Shown here: positions 39,823 to 49,873 of the stretch, piece after piece
Position numbering within the stretch: position 1 is the first letter of the stretch
Layout of the letters: each line of letters starts with the position of its first letter
Source of the DNA: a virus
Virus record (IMG/VR): IMGVR_UViG_3300036770_003738
Span: 20,593 to 84,592 of that record
Length of the DNA: 64,000 nucleotides
Strand: one strand, 5' to 3'
Position numbers and translations under genes: made by a program
Notes under the pieces: generated by a model
Told to the model about the DNA's origin: nothing
Seen by the model: only the letters and a program-made list of their open reading frames with translations
Databases searched by the model: none

Positions 39823-41559
39823 ATGACATTTTTCTACGATATCAATAAAAAACTGCAACAAGTTTTAGAAACACCCAAGAGTGTACATCAGAATCTTAAC
39901 GAAGGCAATCTTAAATCAGCATCAACTGCTGCACTAAAAGCTGCTGCTAGTAAAGACGCAGAAGCCGATAAAAAATCAGGAGTATCTGCGCAATATTCAA
40001 CTAAGCAAGTTAAGGATGAACTTAAAAAGCGTGATGTCGAAGAAGGCATCGGCGACGTAGTTCGCAAAGGTGTTGATATTGCCAAGAAAGTTGGCAGCAA
40101 AGCTCTTGACACATTAGGCCATGGCAGCGACGAAGACATGCTACGTGACTTGCAAAAGAAAGCTGGTGTACCGCAAACTGGTAAGAAGCCCGAGCAAGCC
40201 AAAGAAGGTGTTGACAAAGAAGCATTTGCTGCTCTAGCTGAACCTAAAGACAAAATCACTTTTGCTGACAAGATTGCTGGCGCCAAGAAAGAAGTTGACG
40301 AAATGTTAGGTGACGTTGCTGCTGAAGCAATGAAATCTGCTGTAGCTAATCGTAAAATTGCTGGTAAACGTTATGGCGGCGCTGCACAGTCCGATGACGA
40401 GCCGCAAGCTAAACCTGAAGCACCACGCGGTCGTGGCCGCCCTAAGAAGCCCACTGACACTGAGCAAGGCGCTGATCTCAAGCCAGACTGGTCTGCCTTT
40501 GGTATTAAGAAAGTTAAGTTGCCAGCACACAAAGGTGCTGTAACCAAGCATACACTAAGTGATAAAGAACCAGGCGAAAAAGTTAAAGAAGCCGACGATA
40601 GTCAAATCAAAGCTGCTATCAAAATGCTGAAGAAAGCCGGTTACTCAGTCGAGAAAGCCGAAGAACTAGAAGAAAAAGCAGTAAGCAAGAAGCAACAAAA
40701 GTTCATGGGCATGGTCCACGCTGCACAAAAGGGTGAAAAGCCTGGCAGCAAGGAAGTTGCCAAAGTAGCCAAGAGCATGGGCAAGAAAGATGCAGAAGAT
40801 TTTGCTGCTACCAAGCACAAAGGCCTGCCAGAAAAAGCTCCTAAGAAAAAAGACGAAGCCGCTGACAAGTCTGCAGAGAAGCCAAAGAAGGCCAAGAAAG
40901 AAAAGACTGAAGAAGCCGGCGGTACTGGTACTCCTACTGCAAGCAGCGGATTCGGATTTGGTCAAGGCATCTACGACAGCCTGAATCGTGAAGTCGAAAC
41001 AATGATTTCTGAAAGCATGAACATTAGCATGAACATGACAAATGATTCAAATGGTGGCCCACAACAAAGTCTAACAGTAACTGCTACTGAGGATGATGCG
41101 ATTAAGCTGGCTTCTCTCTTAAAAATGGCCGGCGTTGGTCAAAGCAAGTTGGCCCCAGAATATGGCGAAGTTGAAGTAGTTGACGAGAATAGCCCAGACT
41201 GGCCAACAGACACAGAAACTAGTGACGATGCTTTGCAGTACGCAGGCGGTCTAAACAAGCCAAAATCAACTGGTCAAACTACTACTCCTATCATTCACAC
41301 CAGTGATGAAGAGCGCCAATACACTTATGCTGAAGCAGAAGAAGATGCTATCAAGCGCATGATGGAAATGGCTGGCATTGCTGAAGCTAAAAAAGTTGAA
41401 GAAGATGACGTTGAAGAAGGTAATAAGTTCACCGGCAACTTAGCTAAAGCTCGTGCTGCTGGTAAAAAAGAAGCTGATCTCGATGGCGATGGTGACATGG
41501 AAAAAGTGCAAGAAAGCATTTTTTCTTTAACCAACTTGTGGAAAGCATACAAAGGCTAA
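39823..41559 (+). CDS. Lys/Glu-rich putative internal head/core protein with DUF3008-like segment and AT-hook
   Basis: Start MTFFYD after GAGGA; KAVSKKQQKFMG...EDFAATKHKGLPE (DUF3008-like); RGRGRPKK. Confidence 0.65.
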   Translation: MTFFYDINKKLQQVLETPKSVHQNLNEGNLKSASTAALKAAASKDAEADKKSGVSAQYSTKQVKDELKKRDVEEGIGDVVRKGVDIAKKVGSKALDTLGHGSDEDMLRDLQKKAGVPQTGKKPEQAKEGVDKEAFAALAEPKDKITFADKIAGAKKEVDEMLGDVAAEAMKSAVANRKIAGKRYGGAAQSDDEPQAKPEAPRGRGRPKKPTDTEQGADLKPDWSAFGIKKVKLPAHKGAVTKHTLSDKEPGEKVKEADDSQIKAAIKMLKKAGYSVEKAEELEEKAVSKKQQKFMGMVHAAQKGEKPGSKEVAKVAKSMGKKDAEDFAATKHKGLPEKAPKKKDEAADKSAEKPKKAKKEKTEEAGGTGTPTASSGFGFGQGIYDSLNREVETMISESMNISMNMTNDSNGGPQQSLTVTATEDDAIKLASLLKMAGVGQSKLAPEYGEVEVVDENSPDWPTDTETSDDALQYAGGLNKPKSTGQTTTPIIHTSDEERQYTYAEAEEDAIKRMMEMAGIAEAKKVEEDDVEEGNKFTGNLAKARAAGKKEADLDGDGDMEKVQESIFSLTNLWKAYKG

Positions 41560-41561
41560 TC

Positions 41562-41729
41562 ATGACATACAAGCCGTACAATGAAAATCTAACAACACCT
41601 ACTCAGCAGAACCCACACAGTCCTGCTACCGGTGGGTTCAAGCAACAACCAGTTGAGATTCCTGGCGTACTACATCAGACACGTCAGTTGTTTCAACCAG
41701 TGGTTGCTCAGCCCAAGGATAACAAATAA
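41562..41729 (+). CDS. Small hypothetical protein
   Basis: ATG 2 nt after the upstream stop; its stop overlaps the next ATG. Confidence 0.5.
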   Translation: MTYKPYNENLTTPTQQNPHSPATGGFKQQPVEIPGVLHQTRQLFQPVVAQPKDNK

Positions 41730-42019
41730 TGGCTAACGTTTATACCTCACTAGCTAACGCAACAGTTTACACAGATAAACTGAGCATTGCCACAGGCAAC
41801 ACTGCAGTAACTTACAACGTGTATGCTGTGGCCCTAGGCACCGCTGATCCAGTAGGTAACCTGTACAGTGCTGCAGTTCAGATTCCTGCCAATAATGTAC
41901 GAGAAGTTTATACTGGAGCTGGCAACAAGGTTACAGTGACTGGATCAAACTGGACAGCTACTGAACTTGGTACTGCAAGTTCTGCTACAGCCAGCATCTA
42001 CAACGCCGCGGGCAACTGA
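41729..42019 (+). CDS. Small hypothetical (probably virion) protein
   Basis: AAGGA SD; Thr/Ala/Asn-rich. Confidence 0.65.
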   Translation: MANVYTSLANATVYTDKLSIATGNTAVTYNVYAVALGTADPVGNLYSAAVQIPANNVREVYTGAGNKVTVTGSNWTATELGTASSATASIYNAAGN

Positions 42020-42021
42020 GC

Positions 42022-42393
42022 ATGAGATCAAGAGAGTTTGTATCAGAGCAAAAAGTTGGCGACATTGGCAAACGCAAAAGTGTAGCCACAGTGGGTCTCA
42101 ACAAGTTTAGAGATCAACAGTTTGCTGACCGTGTGTACGAACTCAATCGTGTGATGATGGCAGTAGCCACAACTGACGGAACTAATCCAGCAACTATTGA
42201 CAGCGAGTCATGGGCAGGACGCAACAATATTGCTGCTCCGTATACCAAAGTTGAACAAGACATGCTGAAAAAAGCTTTTCAGGCAGTAGGTAGTCACCAT
42301 GTGGATATCAACAACGGTGACCTTGACTCAGAAGAACTACCGAGCACTAATACACAAAGTCCTGTAAAAGCATTCAAAGGTTATCCAAGATGA
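42022..42393 (+). CDS. Hypothetical protein with CTS-like N-terminus (MRSREFVSE)
   Basis: ORF in the late cluster; N-terminal motif. Confidence 0.65.
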   Translation: MRSREFVSEQKVGDIGKRKSVATVGLNKFRDQQFADRVYELNRVMMAVATTDGTNPATIDSESWAGRNNIAAPYTKVEQDMLKKAFQAVGSHHVDINNGDLDSEELPSTNTQSPVKAFKGYPR

Positions 42394-42827
42394 AAAAACT
42401 TCTAGCACTGTTGTTGCTGGCACCTGTCCTAGTCCTAGCACAACCTAAACAAAAACCTGGCGTGACTTATGACGCTGTGATCACACGAGTAATTGATGGT
42501 GACACAGTAGGTATCCAAGCCGCGTGGTTGCCGGCACCTCTCAAACCAGAACTCAGCATTCGTGTATTTGGTGTAGATACTCCTGAAAAAGGACACCGTG
42601 CACAGTGCGCCAGCGAAGATCAGCGCGGACAAGCAGCCACAGCGTTTACTAAACAAGCCGTTGCCAGCAGCCAAAAGCGACAGATCGTGCTCATGTCCTG
42701 GGACAAGTATGGCGGCCGAGTATTGGGAGACGTGATTCTAGACGGCAAGAGCCTGCGCCAAGGACTGATTGCCAACGGGTTTGCTCGTGAATATTACGGC
42801 GAAGCCAAAACATCTTGGTGCCAATAA
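42390..42827 (+). CDS. Thermonuclease (SNase-like) with signal peptide
   Basis: RVIDGDT, IRVFGVDTPE, DKYGGRVLG motifs; MKKLLALLLLAPVLVLA N-terminus. Confidence 0.92.
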   Translation: MKKLLALLLLAPVLVLAQPKQKPGVTYDAVITRVIDGDTVGIQAAWLPAPLKPELSIRVFGVDTPEKGHRAQCASEDQRGQAATAFTKQAVASSQKRQIVLMSWDKYGGRVLGDVILDGKSLRQGLIANGFAREYYGEAKTSWCQ

Positions 42828-42845
42828 CTCGCCCGTAAATACGGG

Positions 42846-43988
42846 ATGAGCAATTTTTATTGTGCGGCCCCTTGGCGCGGTCTGCATATCAATCCCCAAG
42901 GAAGTATTAAGACTTGCTGTGCTGGCAATCCGCACATGCTTGGAAACCTCAACGACCTTGATATCGAACAAGCACTTAACAGCGAAAAAGCACAAGAAAT
43001 ACGTGCAAGCTTGTCTCAAGGTAAACCGCACGAGTATTGTAGTAATTGTGTTAAGGCTGAGAGGTTTGGCGCCGAAAGCGAACGTCACTGGCACAACAGA
43101 GTAAATCCTGACTTTGACCGTGCTTCAGCTGGCTCCGATTATCATTATCCTGTAATTGTGGATGTGCGATGGAACACCACATGCAATCTCAGTTGTAATT
43201 ACTGTGACCCAGCCAACAGCTCAAAATGGGCAAGTCTAAGACATATACCTTTTAAAAGTCAGAGCCGCCCATATTATGAACAAGTGTGTGACTTCCTAGA
43301 GCAACATAACAATCACATACACGAAGTTGCACTAGTTGGTGGCGAACCATTGTTGTTACCTGAAAATGAACGACTGCTAGATGTTATACCTAATGATTGT
43401 ATTGTGACCTTGATCACTAATATGAGTCAAGATTTAGAAAGCAATCGAATATTTAAGAAGCTAGCACAGCGCAAACGAGTAGGGTGGAGCATGAGCTTTG
43501 ACAACACAGGCGCACATTATGAATATGTACGTCATGGTGGCAAATGGGACCTGTTGTTGAACAACTTGCAACAGATCAAATCATTGTTTCATACACAGGG
43601 CCACTGGGGCGGCATCCATGCTGTGTACAATCTTTACAATGCAACTAAGCTGGTTGAATTCAAACAGTTTGCACAAGAACAAGGGCTATCAATAACATGG
43701 ATGAACTTGTTTGGACCCGAAGCATTGGATCCTTTTTTACACGGGCCTGACGTAGCACAGTTAGCAGCGCAACAAATAGAGATACTACAAAATCAACATG
43801 CATTTGCGCCTTCGGAGCAAGCTTTTTTTGCACAAGCACTTGAAAAATATCGCAGAGGAGACTTGCCAAAAAATCAGATTAAAAATAAATTTTGTAACTT
43901 TACTCTTGAAATTGAAAATCGATTTCATCCAGACACTAAAGGACAATTTGATCAACTTTGGCCGGAGCTAGCACATTTATGCAAATAA
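42846..43988 (+). CDS. Radical SAM protein with N-terminal SPASM/twitch-like Fe-S domain
   Basis: CAAPW...CC...CSNC, then CNLSCNYC, GGEP, SFD...YEYVR; TAAATA at 42836-42841. Confidence 0.9.
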   Translation: MSNFYCAAPWRGLHINPQGSIKTCCAGNPHMLGNLNDLDIEQALNSEKAQEIRASLSQGKPHEYCSNCVKAERFGAESERHWHNRVNPDFDRASAGSDYHYPVIVDVRWNTTCNLSCNYCDPANSSKWASLRHIPFKSQSRPYYEQVCDFLEQHNNHIHEVALVGGEPLLLPENERLLDVIPNDCIVTLITNMSQDLESNRIFKKLAQRKRVGWSMSFDNTGAHYEYVRHGGKWDLLLNNLQQIKSLFHTQGHWGGIHAVYNLYNATKLVEFKQFAQEQGLSITWMNLFGPEALDPFLHGPDVAQLAAQQIEILQNQHAFAPSEQAFFAQALEKYRRGDLPKNQIKNKFCNFTLEIENRFHPDTKGQFDQLWPELAHLCK

Positions 43989-44524
43989 CTCCTGTCGACA
44001 ATGAACTTAATTTATTTCGTGTAGAAAATGTATTTTCTAACGAACTTGTGCAACAGGTTAAAGACACTGATTGGTTAAACTTGCCTTGGAGCAGACAACC
44101 CTATCAAGAGAATTGGAATCGTCGCCGTGTTACTGAATCCTCTATCCCGTGGATCGATCAGTGGAATTTTCAGCTCAGCACAAACTGGTCAAGACTTGAA
44201 GAACAATTAAACATAGAGATACAACCCTATTGCGGTACTGCATTTTGGATCGACGAGCCCGGGTTTGTGTGTACCATGCACACAGATGGAGAATTACCAG
44301 GTAGTTTACATTTGACTTGGCAAGGCTCAGGGACTAGTTTTTACTGGCACAATGATCCAAGTACATTGCGTTATCAGGTACCTTCGCAACCTAATGCAGG
44401 TTACATTATGATTAATTGCGAGGATTCTTCAGGATATAGAAAATTGCTATGGCACGCCATGCTAGACCCAGTGCCAGTAAATACATTTAGATTAACGTCA
44501 TACATATGGATAATACCAAAATAA
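43979..44524 (+). CDS. 2OG-Fe(II) oxygenase-like protein
   Basis: HTD...WH...R-x-S jelly-roll motif; start MQITP. Confidence 0.6.
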   Translation: MQITPVDNELNLFRVENVFSNELVQQVKDTDWLNLPWSRQPYQENWNRRRVTESSIPWIDQWNFQLSTNWSRLEEQLNIEIQPYCGTAFWIDEPGFVCTMHTDGELPGSLHLTWQGSGTSFYWHNDPSTLRYQVPSQPNAGYIMINCEDSSGYRKLLWHAMLDPVPVNTFRLTSYIWIIPK

Positions 44525-45666
44525 CCGATAGTCCTACATTTTGTGCTGCTCCGTGGACTAGCCTTAACATAGATCAAACAGGTCGCGTTAGTCCTTGTAT
44601 GCATGCATACCACGAAATAGGCAATATTAAACAGAATACTATCCAAGAGATAATAGCAGGACCTAAACTAGCATCTATTAAAGAAGCTATGAAACAAGGC
44701 ACCTGGCATGATACTTGTAGGCTATGTAAACAGAGCGAAGATACAACAGGAGTAAGTGCAAGGACTCAACGCTATTGCGATTCGCACACCCGTGATGTTA
44801 TTGACAATGATATTTCTTGGTTTGACCCCCAGCACTTTGTTGTTAATTGGAGTAACTTGTGTAATCTTAGTTGTGTATACTGTAATCCTAGCACTTCAAC
44901 CGCCTGGCAAAGCATTAAAAAGATACCTATCAATCATGTGCGTAATGATCAGAACAGCATACTAGAATTAATGCAGGACCAAGGAAAAAGTGTACAAGGA
45001 TTAGTTTTAGGAGGCGGAGAGCCGTTGTTACAAAAAGGGTTATTGGATATGTTAAAATGTCTTGACCCGCAAAAAGCTCAAGTAATGGTTACTACCAATC
45101 TCACCATAGATCTTGCTAGTAACCCTATTTACAACGAACTCAAAACTTGGCCCAATGTAGATTGGCAAGTAAGCTTTGACAATTGCACCAAGGATAAATT
45201 CGAATATGTTCGGAATGGTGCTAGTTGGGATCAATTCAAGTCTAACATTGATTTAATGAAAGCAGACGGGCAACGTGTACATGCACATCCAGCATACAGC
45301 ATCTACTGTGCATTTGATCTAGTTGAGTACTACGAATTTTGTGAAGCAAATGACTTGAACTTGTTTTGGTGCGAGCTTACTAATCCCTGGGATCTTGATG
45401 TAAGACGACTAAGCTCAGAAATTCGACAAACAGCAATAAATGAAATAGATAAAGTAACACAGCGGTGGGGGCAAATTAACGAACATAATTTAGCAGTCAG
45501 CACACTGCAAAGATATCGTGCCCAACTGATAGATAACAGTTACATATTCAACGTTAACGAATATGTGCCTGATCCGTTGTCTTGGCATCGTAATATAGAA
45601 CAAGAATTAAACAAAACTCAGCGATTTGAAGATTTGTGGCCGGGCCTGGCCAGGAGATTGAAATGA
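44506..45666 (+). CDS. Radical SAM protein with N-terminal SPASM/twitch-like domain (paralog of 42846)
   Basis: CAAPW...CRLC; CNLSCVYC, GGEP, SFD...FEYVR. Confidence 0.9.
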   Translation: MDNTKITDSPTFCAAPWTSLNIDQTGRVSPCMHAYHEIGNIKQNTIQEIIAGPKLASIKEAMKQGTWHDTCRLCKQSEDTTGVSARTQRYCDSHTRDVIDNDISWFDPQHFVVNWSNLCNLSCVYCNPSTSTAWQSIKKIPINHVRNDQNSILELMQDQGKSVQGLVLGGGEPLLQKGLLDMLKCLDPQKAQVMVTTNLTIDLASNPIYNELKTWPNVDWQVSFDNCTKDKFEYVRNGASWDQFKSNIDLMKADGQRVHAHPAYSIYCAFDLVEYYEFCEANDLNLFWCELTNPWDLDVRRLSSEIRQTAINEIDKVTQRWGQINEHNLAVSTLQRYRAQLIDNSYIFNVNEYVPDPLSWHRNIEQELNKTQRFEDLWPGLARRLK

Positions 45667-46421
45667 AAGCACCTTGGCATTTTGGAACATATCATGCTAA
45701 TACTGTACAGGAATGGTTACCTACAGATACTAAAGAAAACTTTGATCAGTTGATGCAAGACCCTGGTCATCGTGCATACTTTGCACGTCTTGGATGGGAC
45801 CAACCAGGTGCAATAACTTACAATATCAACAGCGAAGGATTTCGCTGTGATGAATTTGATTATGAAACACCATGCATGATTGCCTTGGGTTGTAGTTTTA
45901 CTCTAGGAACAGGATTACCATTGGATTCTATATGGCCTACCTTGGTAGGACAAGCTGCAGGACTAAAAGTGGCCAATCTCGCCTGGGGAGGCAACAGTTC
46001 GGATACCTGCTTCAGATTGGCAGAATACTGGATACCTCGTCTCAAGCCCCGGCTAGTCACAATGTTAGCGCCTCCAAGTAGTCGCACAGAGATATTGTTG
46101 GATAACAATCAGTATCATTTGCCAGCAGAAGTAATCATGCCTGAAACCAATTCTGCAATATTCAACAAGGGCGACACATTCTTAAAGCACTGGCAATTAA
46201 ACGACGAGAACAGCAGATTAAACCAGTTGAAAAATTGCTTGGCTATAAAGCAACTGTGCGCTGAACACAATATACCTTGCGTGATAGAATTAGTGCAGGA
46301 CCACATGCAACACAGTCGTGAAGAAATAGGCTATGCACGTGACCACATGCACGGTGGTCCTATCATACATAAACGAATTGCGGAGAAAATGCTAAATGAT
46401 TGGCGCAAAAAATACACTTGA
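45663..46421 (+). CDS. SGNH-like hydrolase or acyltransferase
   Basis: INSEGFR, ALGCSFT, NLAWGG and DHMH motifs. Confidence 0.65.
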   Translation: MKAPWHFGTYHANTVQEWLPTDTKENFDQLMQDPGHRAYFARLGWDQPGAITYNINSEGFRCDEFDYETPCMIALGCSFTLGTGLPLDSIWPTLVGQAAGLKVANLAWGGNSSDTCFRLAEYWIPRLKPRLVTMLAPPSSRTEILLDNNQYHLPAEVIMPETNSAIFNKGDTFLKHWQLNDENSRLNQLKNCLAIKQLCAEHNIPCVIELVQDHMQHSREEIGYARDHMHGGPIIHKRIAEKMLNDWRKKYT

Positions 46422-47982
46422 TACAGTACTTGTAAAAGCACCGCATCGCAAAGAAACTTACTCAGAGAAAGAAATTGAAGAGTTCGCTAAGTGCGCAGAC
46501 CCAGTAAATGGGCCCATGTACTTTATGGACCACTTCTTTTATATACAGCACCCCACACGCGGCAAAATGCTGTACCATCCGTTTGAGTATCAAAAGAGGC
46601 TGATCGAAAACTATCACAACAATCGTTTCTCAATTAGCCTGATGCCTCGACAAACAGGTAAGTCAACATCGGCTGCTGGTTATTTGTTGTGGTTTGCTAT
46701 GTTTGTGCCGGATGCTACTATTCTTGTTGCTGCTCACAAATACTTGGGTGCGCAGGAAATCATGCAGCGTATTCGTTACGCATACGAACTGTGCCCAAAC
46801 CATATTCGAGCAGGCGCTACTAGCTACAACAAAGGAAGTCTGGAGTTCGATAATGGATCGCGTATCGTCAGTCAAACCACTACTGAAAACACTGGTCGTG
46901 GTATGTCTATTACACTCCTGTACCTAGACGAGTTTGCGTTCGTTAGACCTACTATTGCCAGCGAGTTCTGGACTTCTATTACACCTACACTGAGTACTGG
47001 TGGTAAAGCCATTATCACATCAACTCCAAACTCAGACGAAGATCAGTTTGCGTTGATCTGGAAAGGTGCTAATAAAGTTGAGGACGAGTACGGTAATCCT
47101 AGGCCCAACGGTGTTGGTATTAATGGATTTAAAGCATATCGTGCATTCTGGAAAGAGCATCCTGATCGCGATGAAAAATGGGCAGATGAACAACGAGCAC
47201 AACTAGGTGAAGAACGATTCCGTCGAGAAATGGATTGTGAATTTGTTCAGGACGAAGAAACCCTCATCAGTCCACTAAAGCTAGTAGAGATGACCGCAAC
47301 AGATCCAATCTACAAAACAGGTCAAGTTCGGTGGTTTAAGAGGCCTGAGAAAAATAAAATTTATGTAGTTGCATTAGATCCTAGCTTGGGCACAGGTGGC
47401 GATGCTGCGGCTATACAAGTATTTGAAGCAAACTCTGCTACTCAAGTAGCAGAGTGGCGCCACAACAAAACTATTGTACCAGAACAAATCCGAATAATGA
47501 CTGATATATGCCGTCATATCAATGAGACAGTGCAAGACACAAAAAGTATCTATTATTCAGTAGAAAACAACACGTTAGGCGAAGCAGCCCTGCTTTCTAT
47601 CGAGCACTACGGAGAAGAAAACATACAAGGTTATTTTTTAAGCGATAAGTCAGTAGTTAGTTCAAGTGGTCGCAGATACCGAAAAGGTTTTACAACTACC
47701 AATAAAAGTAAGTTGTCGGCTTGTAGCAAATTCAAAACCCTAGTAGAAACCAACAAAATGGCGATCAGTAGCTCGTCCCTACTTAGCGAACTAAAGACAT
47801 TTGTTGCCAACGGATCCAGTTATGCAGCAAAACCTGGTGAGACTGATGATCTAGTAATGGCAACTCTGTTAGTGGTTAGGATGCTACAACTGTTGCAAAC
47901 GTACCACAGTGAGCTTGATACACAAATGAAAGATTTTGCAGATGAAATGGACACTCCTTTGCCTTTTATTGTAATGTTCTAA
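46396..47982 (+). CDS. gp17: Terminase large subunit, T4 gp17-like
   Basis: PRQTGKS Walker A, YLDEFAF Walker B, TSTPN coupling motif, ALDPSLG and DDLVMA nuclease motifs. Confidence 0.97.
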   Translation: MIGAKNTLDTVLVKAPHRKETYSEKEIEEFAKCADPVNGPMYFMDHFFYIQHPTRGKMLYHPFEYQKRLIENYHNNRFSISLMPRQTGKSTSAAGYLLWFAMFVPDATILVAAHKYLGAQEIMQRIRYAYELCPNHIRAGATSYNKGSLEFDNGSRIVSQTTTENTGRGMSITLLYLDEFAFVRPTIASEFWTSITPTLSTGGKAIITSTPNSDEDQFALIWKGANKVEDEYGNPRPNGVGINGFKAYRAFWKEHPDRDEKWADEQRAQLGEERFRREMDCEFVQDEETLISPLKLVEMTATDPIYKTGQVRWFKRPEKNKIYVVALDPSLGTGGDAAAIQVFEANSATQVAEWRHNKTIVPEQIRIMTDICRHINETVQDTKSIYYSVENNTLGEAALLSIEHYGEENIQGYFLSDKSVVSSSGRRYRKGFTTTNKSKLSACSKFKTLVETNKMAISSSSLLSELKTFVANGSSYAAKPGETDDLVMATLLVVRMLQLLQTYHSELDTQMKDFADEMDTPLPFIVMF

Positions 47983-48018
47983 GCCCAATCTGTTATCTAT
48001 AACACTAAATACACAACC

Positions 48019-49734
48019 ATGGCACAAGAACAGAACATTTCAACCCAGCTCAACAACCTGTTGGTCACACGCAATTTCCACCCAGAAACGCTGGACCGAC
48101 AAGGCAAACCATCTGACGCAGCAGAAGCCAAAACATTTACTTTTGACTATGTGAGCGGCAGCGGCAAAAACTATGGAACCATGGTTGTTGTACTGGACTC
48201 CGATGATGACATGAAGGTTTTTTACGGGGACAATCTTGGTCGCGCTATGGAAGGCGATGACAAGGATGAATTCTTTGATTTCCAACAACAACTCAGCAAG
48301 TTTGCCAACGCACACCGTTGGACGTACACTGGCACAGACCTGAGCCAACTCAAGCATACCATGCAGGGCCTAGCAGCGATTCAAGAAGGTTTGTTCGAAG
48401 GTTATTACGGCACACGTAAAATCAGTTATGCTGGTAACCCCACAGAAGCTAGGCTTATGATCAAGCATAACCGCACACTAGGCGAAGCAGATGCTCGTTT
48501 TCGTTATGTAGAAAGCTTGTTCATTGAAACAGCTGAGGGCGAACGTTTCAAACTGCCTTTCAAGAATTTATCAGGCGGCAAAGCCATGCTGGAACATGTG
48601 CGACAAGGTGGTAATCCTTATGATGTTCGCGGTGTACACATTGCTGAAATGGTTATGGAAATTGCTACACTGAGTCGTTTCAATCGCGCTAGTGCTACCC
48701 GTGTGATGGAAGGCGCCACACAAGAACTGATTGCTGAAGCACAAACCTATTACAAGAGCCTGAGAGAAAACATGAAACGCATGGCCAGCTCACGTGGTTA
48801 TGCTGCATATTTTGAAACCTGGCACCCTGCTACTATAGATGAACAGCAAGAGCTGGTGGAAAACATCAAGACACTGTTTATAGAACAAACACTGGACACC
48901 CGAATTGAGGCAGCATTGCCACTGTTGGCCAGAATACAACAACAAGGAACCGCTATGAAAGAAGCTGAAATTTTTGAAAATTGGGCCAACAACTTGGTCG
49001 AAGGCACCTGGGCTGTACCAGAAACTCCTGAACAACAAAACAAGCTGAGAGAGCTACTCAGCAGTAAATTGATTGTGGGACCTGATGCTACCAACGCCAC
49101 AGAACAACTGTATGATCTAATTGGTGATGATCAGTTGTACGATGACCTGGGCTATATTGCTAAAGATAATCCCAATGCAGACATTAGAGATGTAGTGATT
49201 GATCGCCTACGAGAGTTGGGCTATGATTTTAGTACTGATAATCAGTTGAGTGAAAGCCGAATATTAGACGAATCAGGAGAAACACTGGATCACATCCTAA
49301 ATCGATTCAAACACGAAGTAAATCAATTTGAGCAAGGCGCTGACCTAGATACCGATTTGTACCATGCTTTGTTTGACTACTATTCAGATGCTGGCGAAAT
49401 GCCTTACGGTGTGGCCAAAGCTCGTGATGGCGATCCATACGAATGGGTCACACAACAGTTAGATCGAGAACTAGGCACAAATAAATTACCAGTTGACGAA
49501 ATGTTAGGTATGGCTGCGGTTGGAGAAGGTACTGGAACTTGCAATCACACTATGGAGGGCGAATACTGCCCAGAACACGGTTTAGTAGAGTGCGGTACTG
49601 TAGCAGGCGGAATGGCTCCTGTCATGGGAGAAGACTCTAAAGATTCAATGGACCACCGCGGCGCTGTTACTGACAGCTTCTACGAAAGTGAACTGGACAG
49701 ATTAAAAAAATTGTCTTTAATCAAAAGAACATAA
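48019..49734 (+). CDS. Hypothetical acidic late protein (571 aa)
   Basis: TAAATA at 48006-48011; long ORF. Confidence 0.75.
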   Translation: MAQEQNISTQLNNLLVTRNFHPETLDRQGKPSDAAEAKTFTFDYVSGSGKNYGTMVVVLDSDDDMKVFYGDNLGRAMEGDDKDEFFDFQQQLSKFANAHRWTYTGTDLSQLKHTMQGLAAIQEGLFEGYYGTRKISYAGNPTEARLMIKHNRTLGEADARFRYVESLFIETAEGERFKLPFKNLSGGKAMLEHVRQGGNPYDVRGVHIAEMVMEIATLSRFNRASATRVMEGATQELIAEAQTYYKSLRENMKRMASSRGYAAYFETWHPATIDEQQELVENIKTLFIEQTLDTRIEAALPLLARIQQQGTAMKEAEIFENWANNLVEGTWAVPETPEQQNKLRELLSSKLIVGPDATNATEQLYDLIGDDQLYDDLGYIAKDNPNADIRDVVIDRLRELGYDFSTDNQLSESRILDESGETLDHILNRFKHEVNQFEQGADLDTDLYHALFDYYSDAGEMPYGVAKARDGDPYEWVTQQLDRELGTNKLPVDEMLGMAAVGEGTGTCNHTMEGEYCPEHGLVECGTVAGGMAPVMGEDSKDSMDHRGAVTDSFYESELDRLKKLSLIKRT

Positions 49735-49873
49735 ATAACATTGACACTTGTAGCAAGACCGCATATACTACATTGGTGTATGCGGTTTGTTGTTTGTGTC
49801 ACAGGCAACATTAGAATCTAAATAATTTAGATAGGCAACATAACATAGGCAACTTTATTAGGAGAAACATACT
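49732..49873 (+). promoter_or_regulatory. gp32 leader: late promoters, sigma70 promoter, hairpins and AGGCAAC repeats
   Basis: TAAATA at 49732 and 49819; TTGACA(49741)-N17-TATACT(49764); hairpin 49756-49788; AGGCAAC at 49803, 49833 and 49847. Confidence 0.7.
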
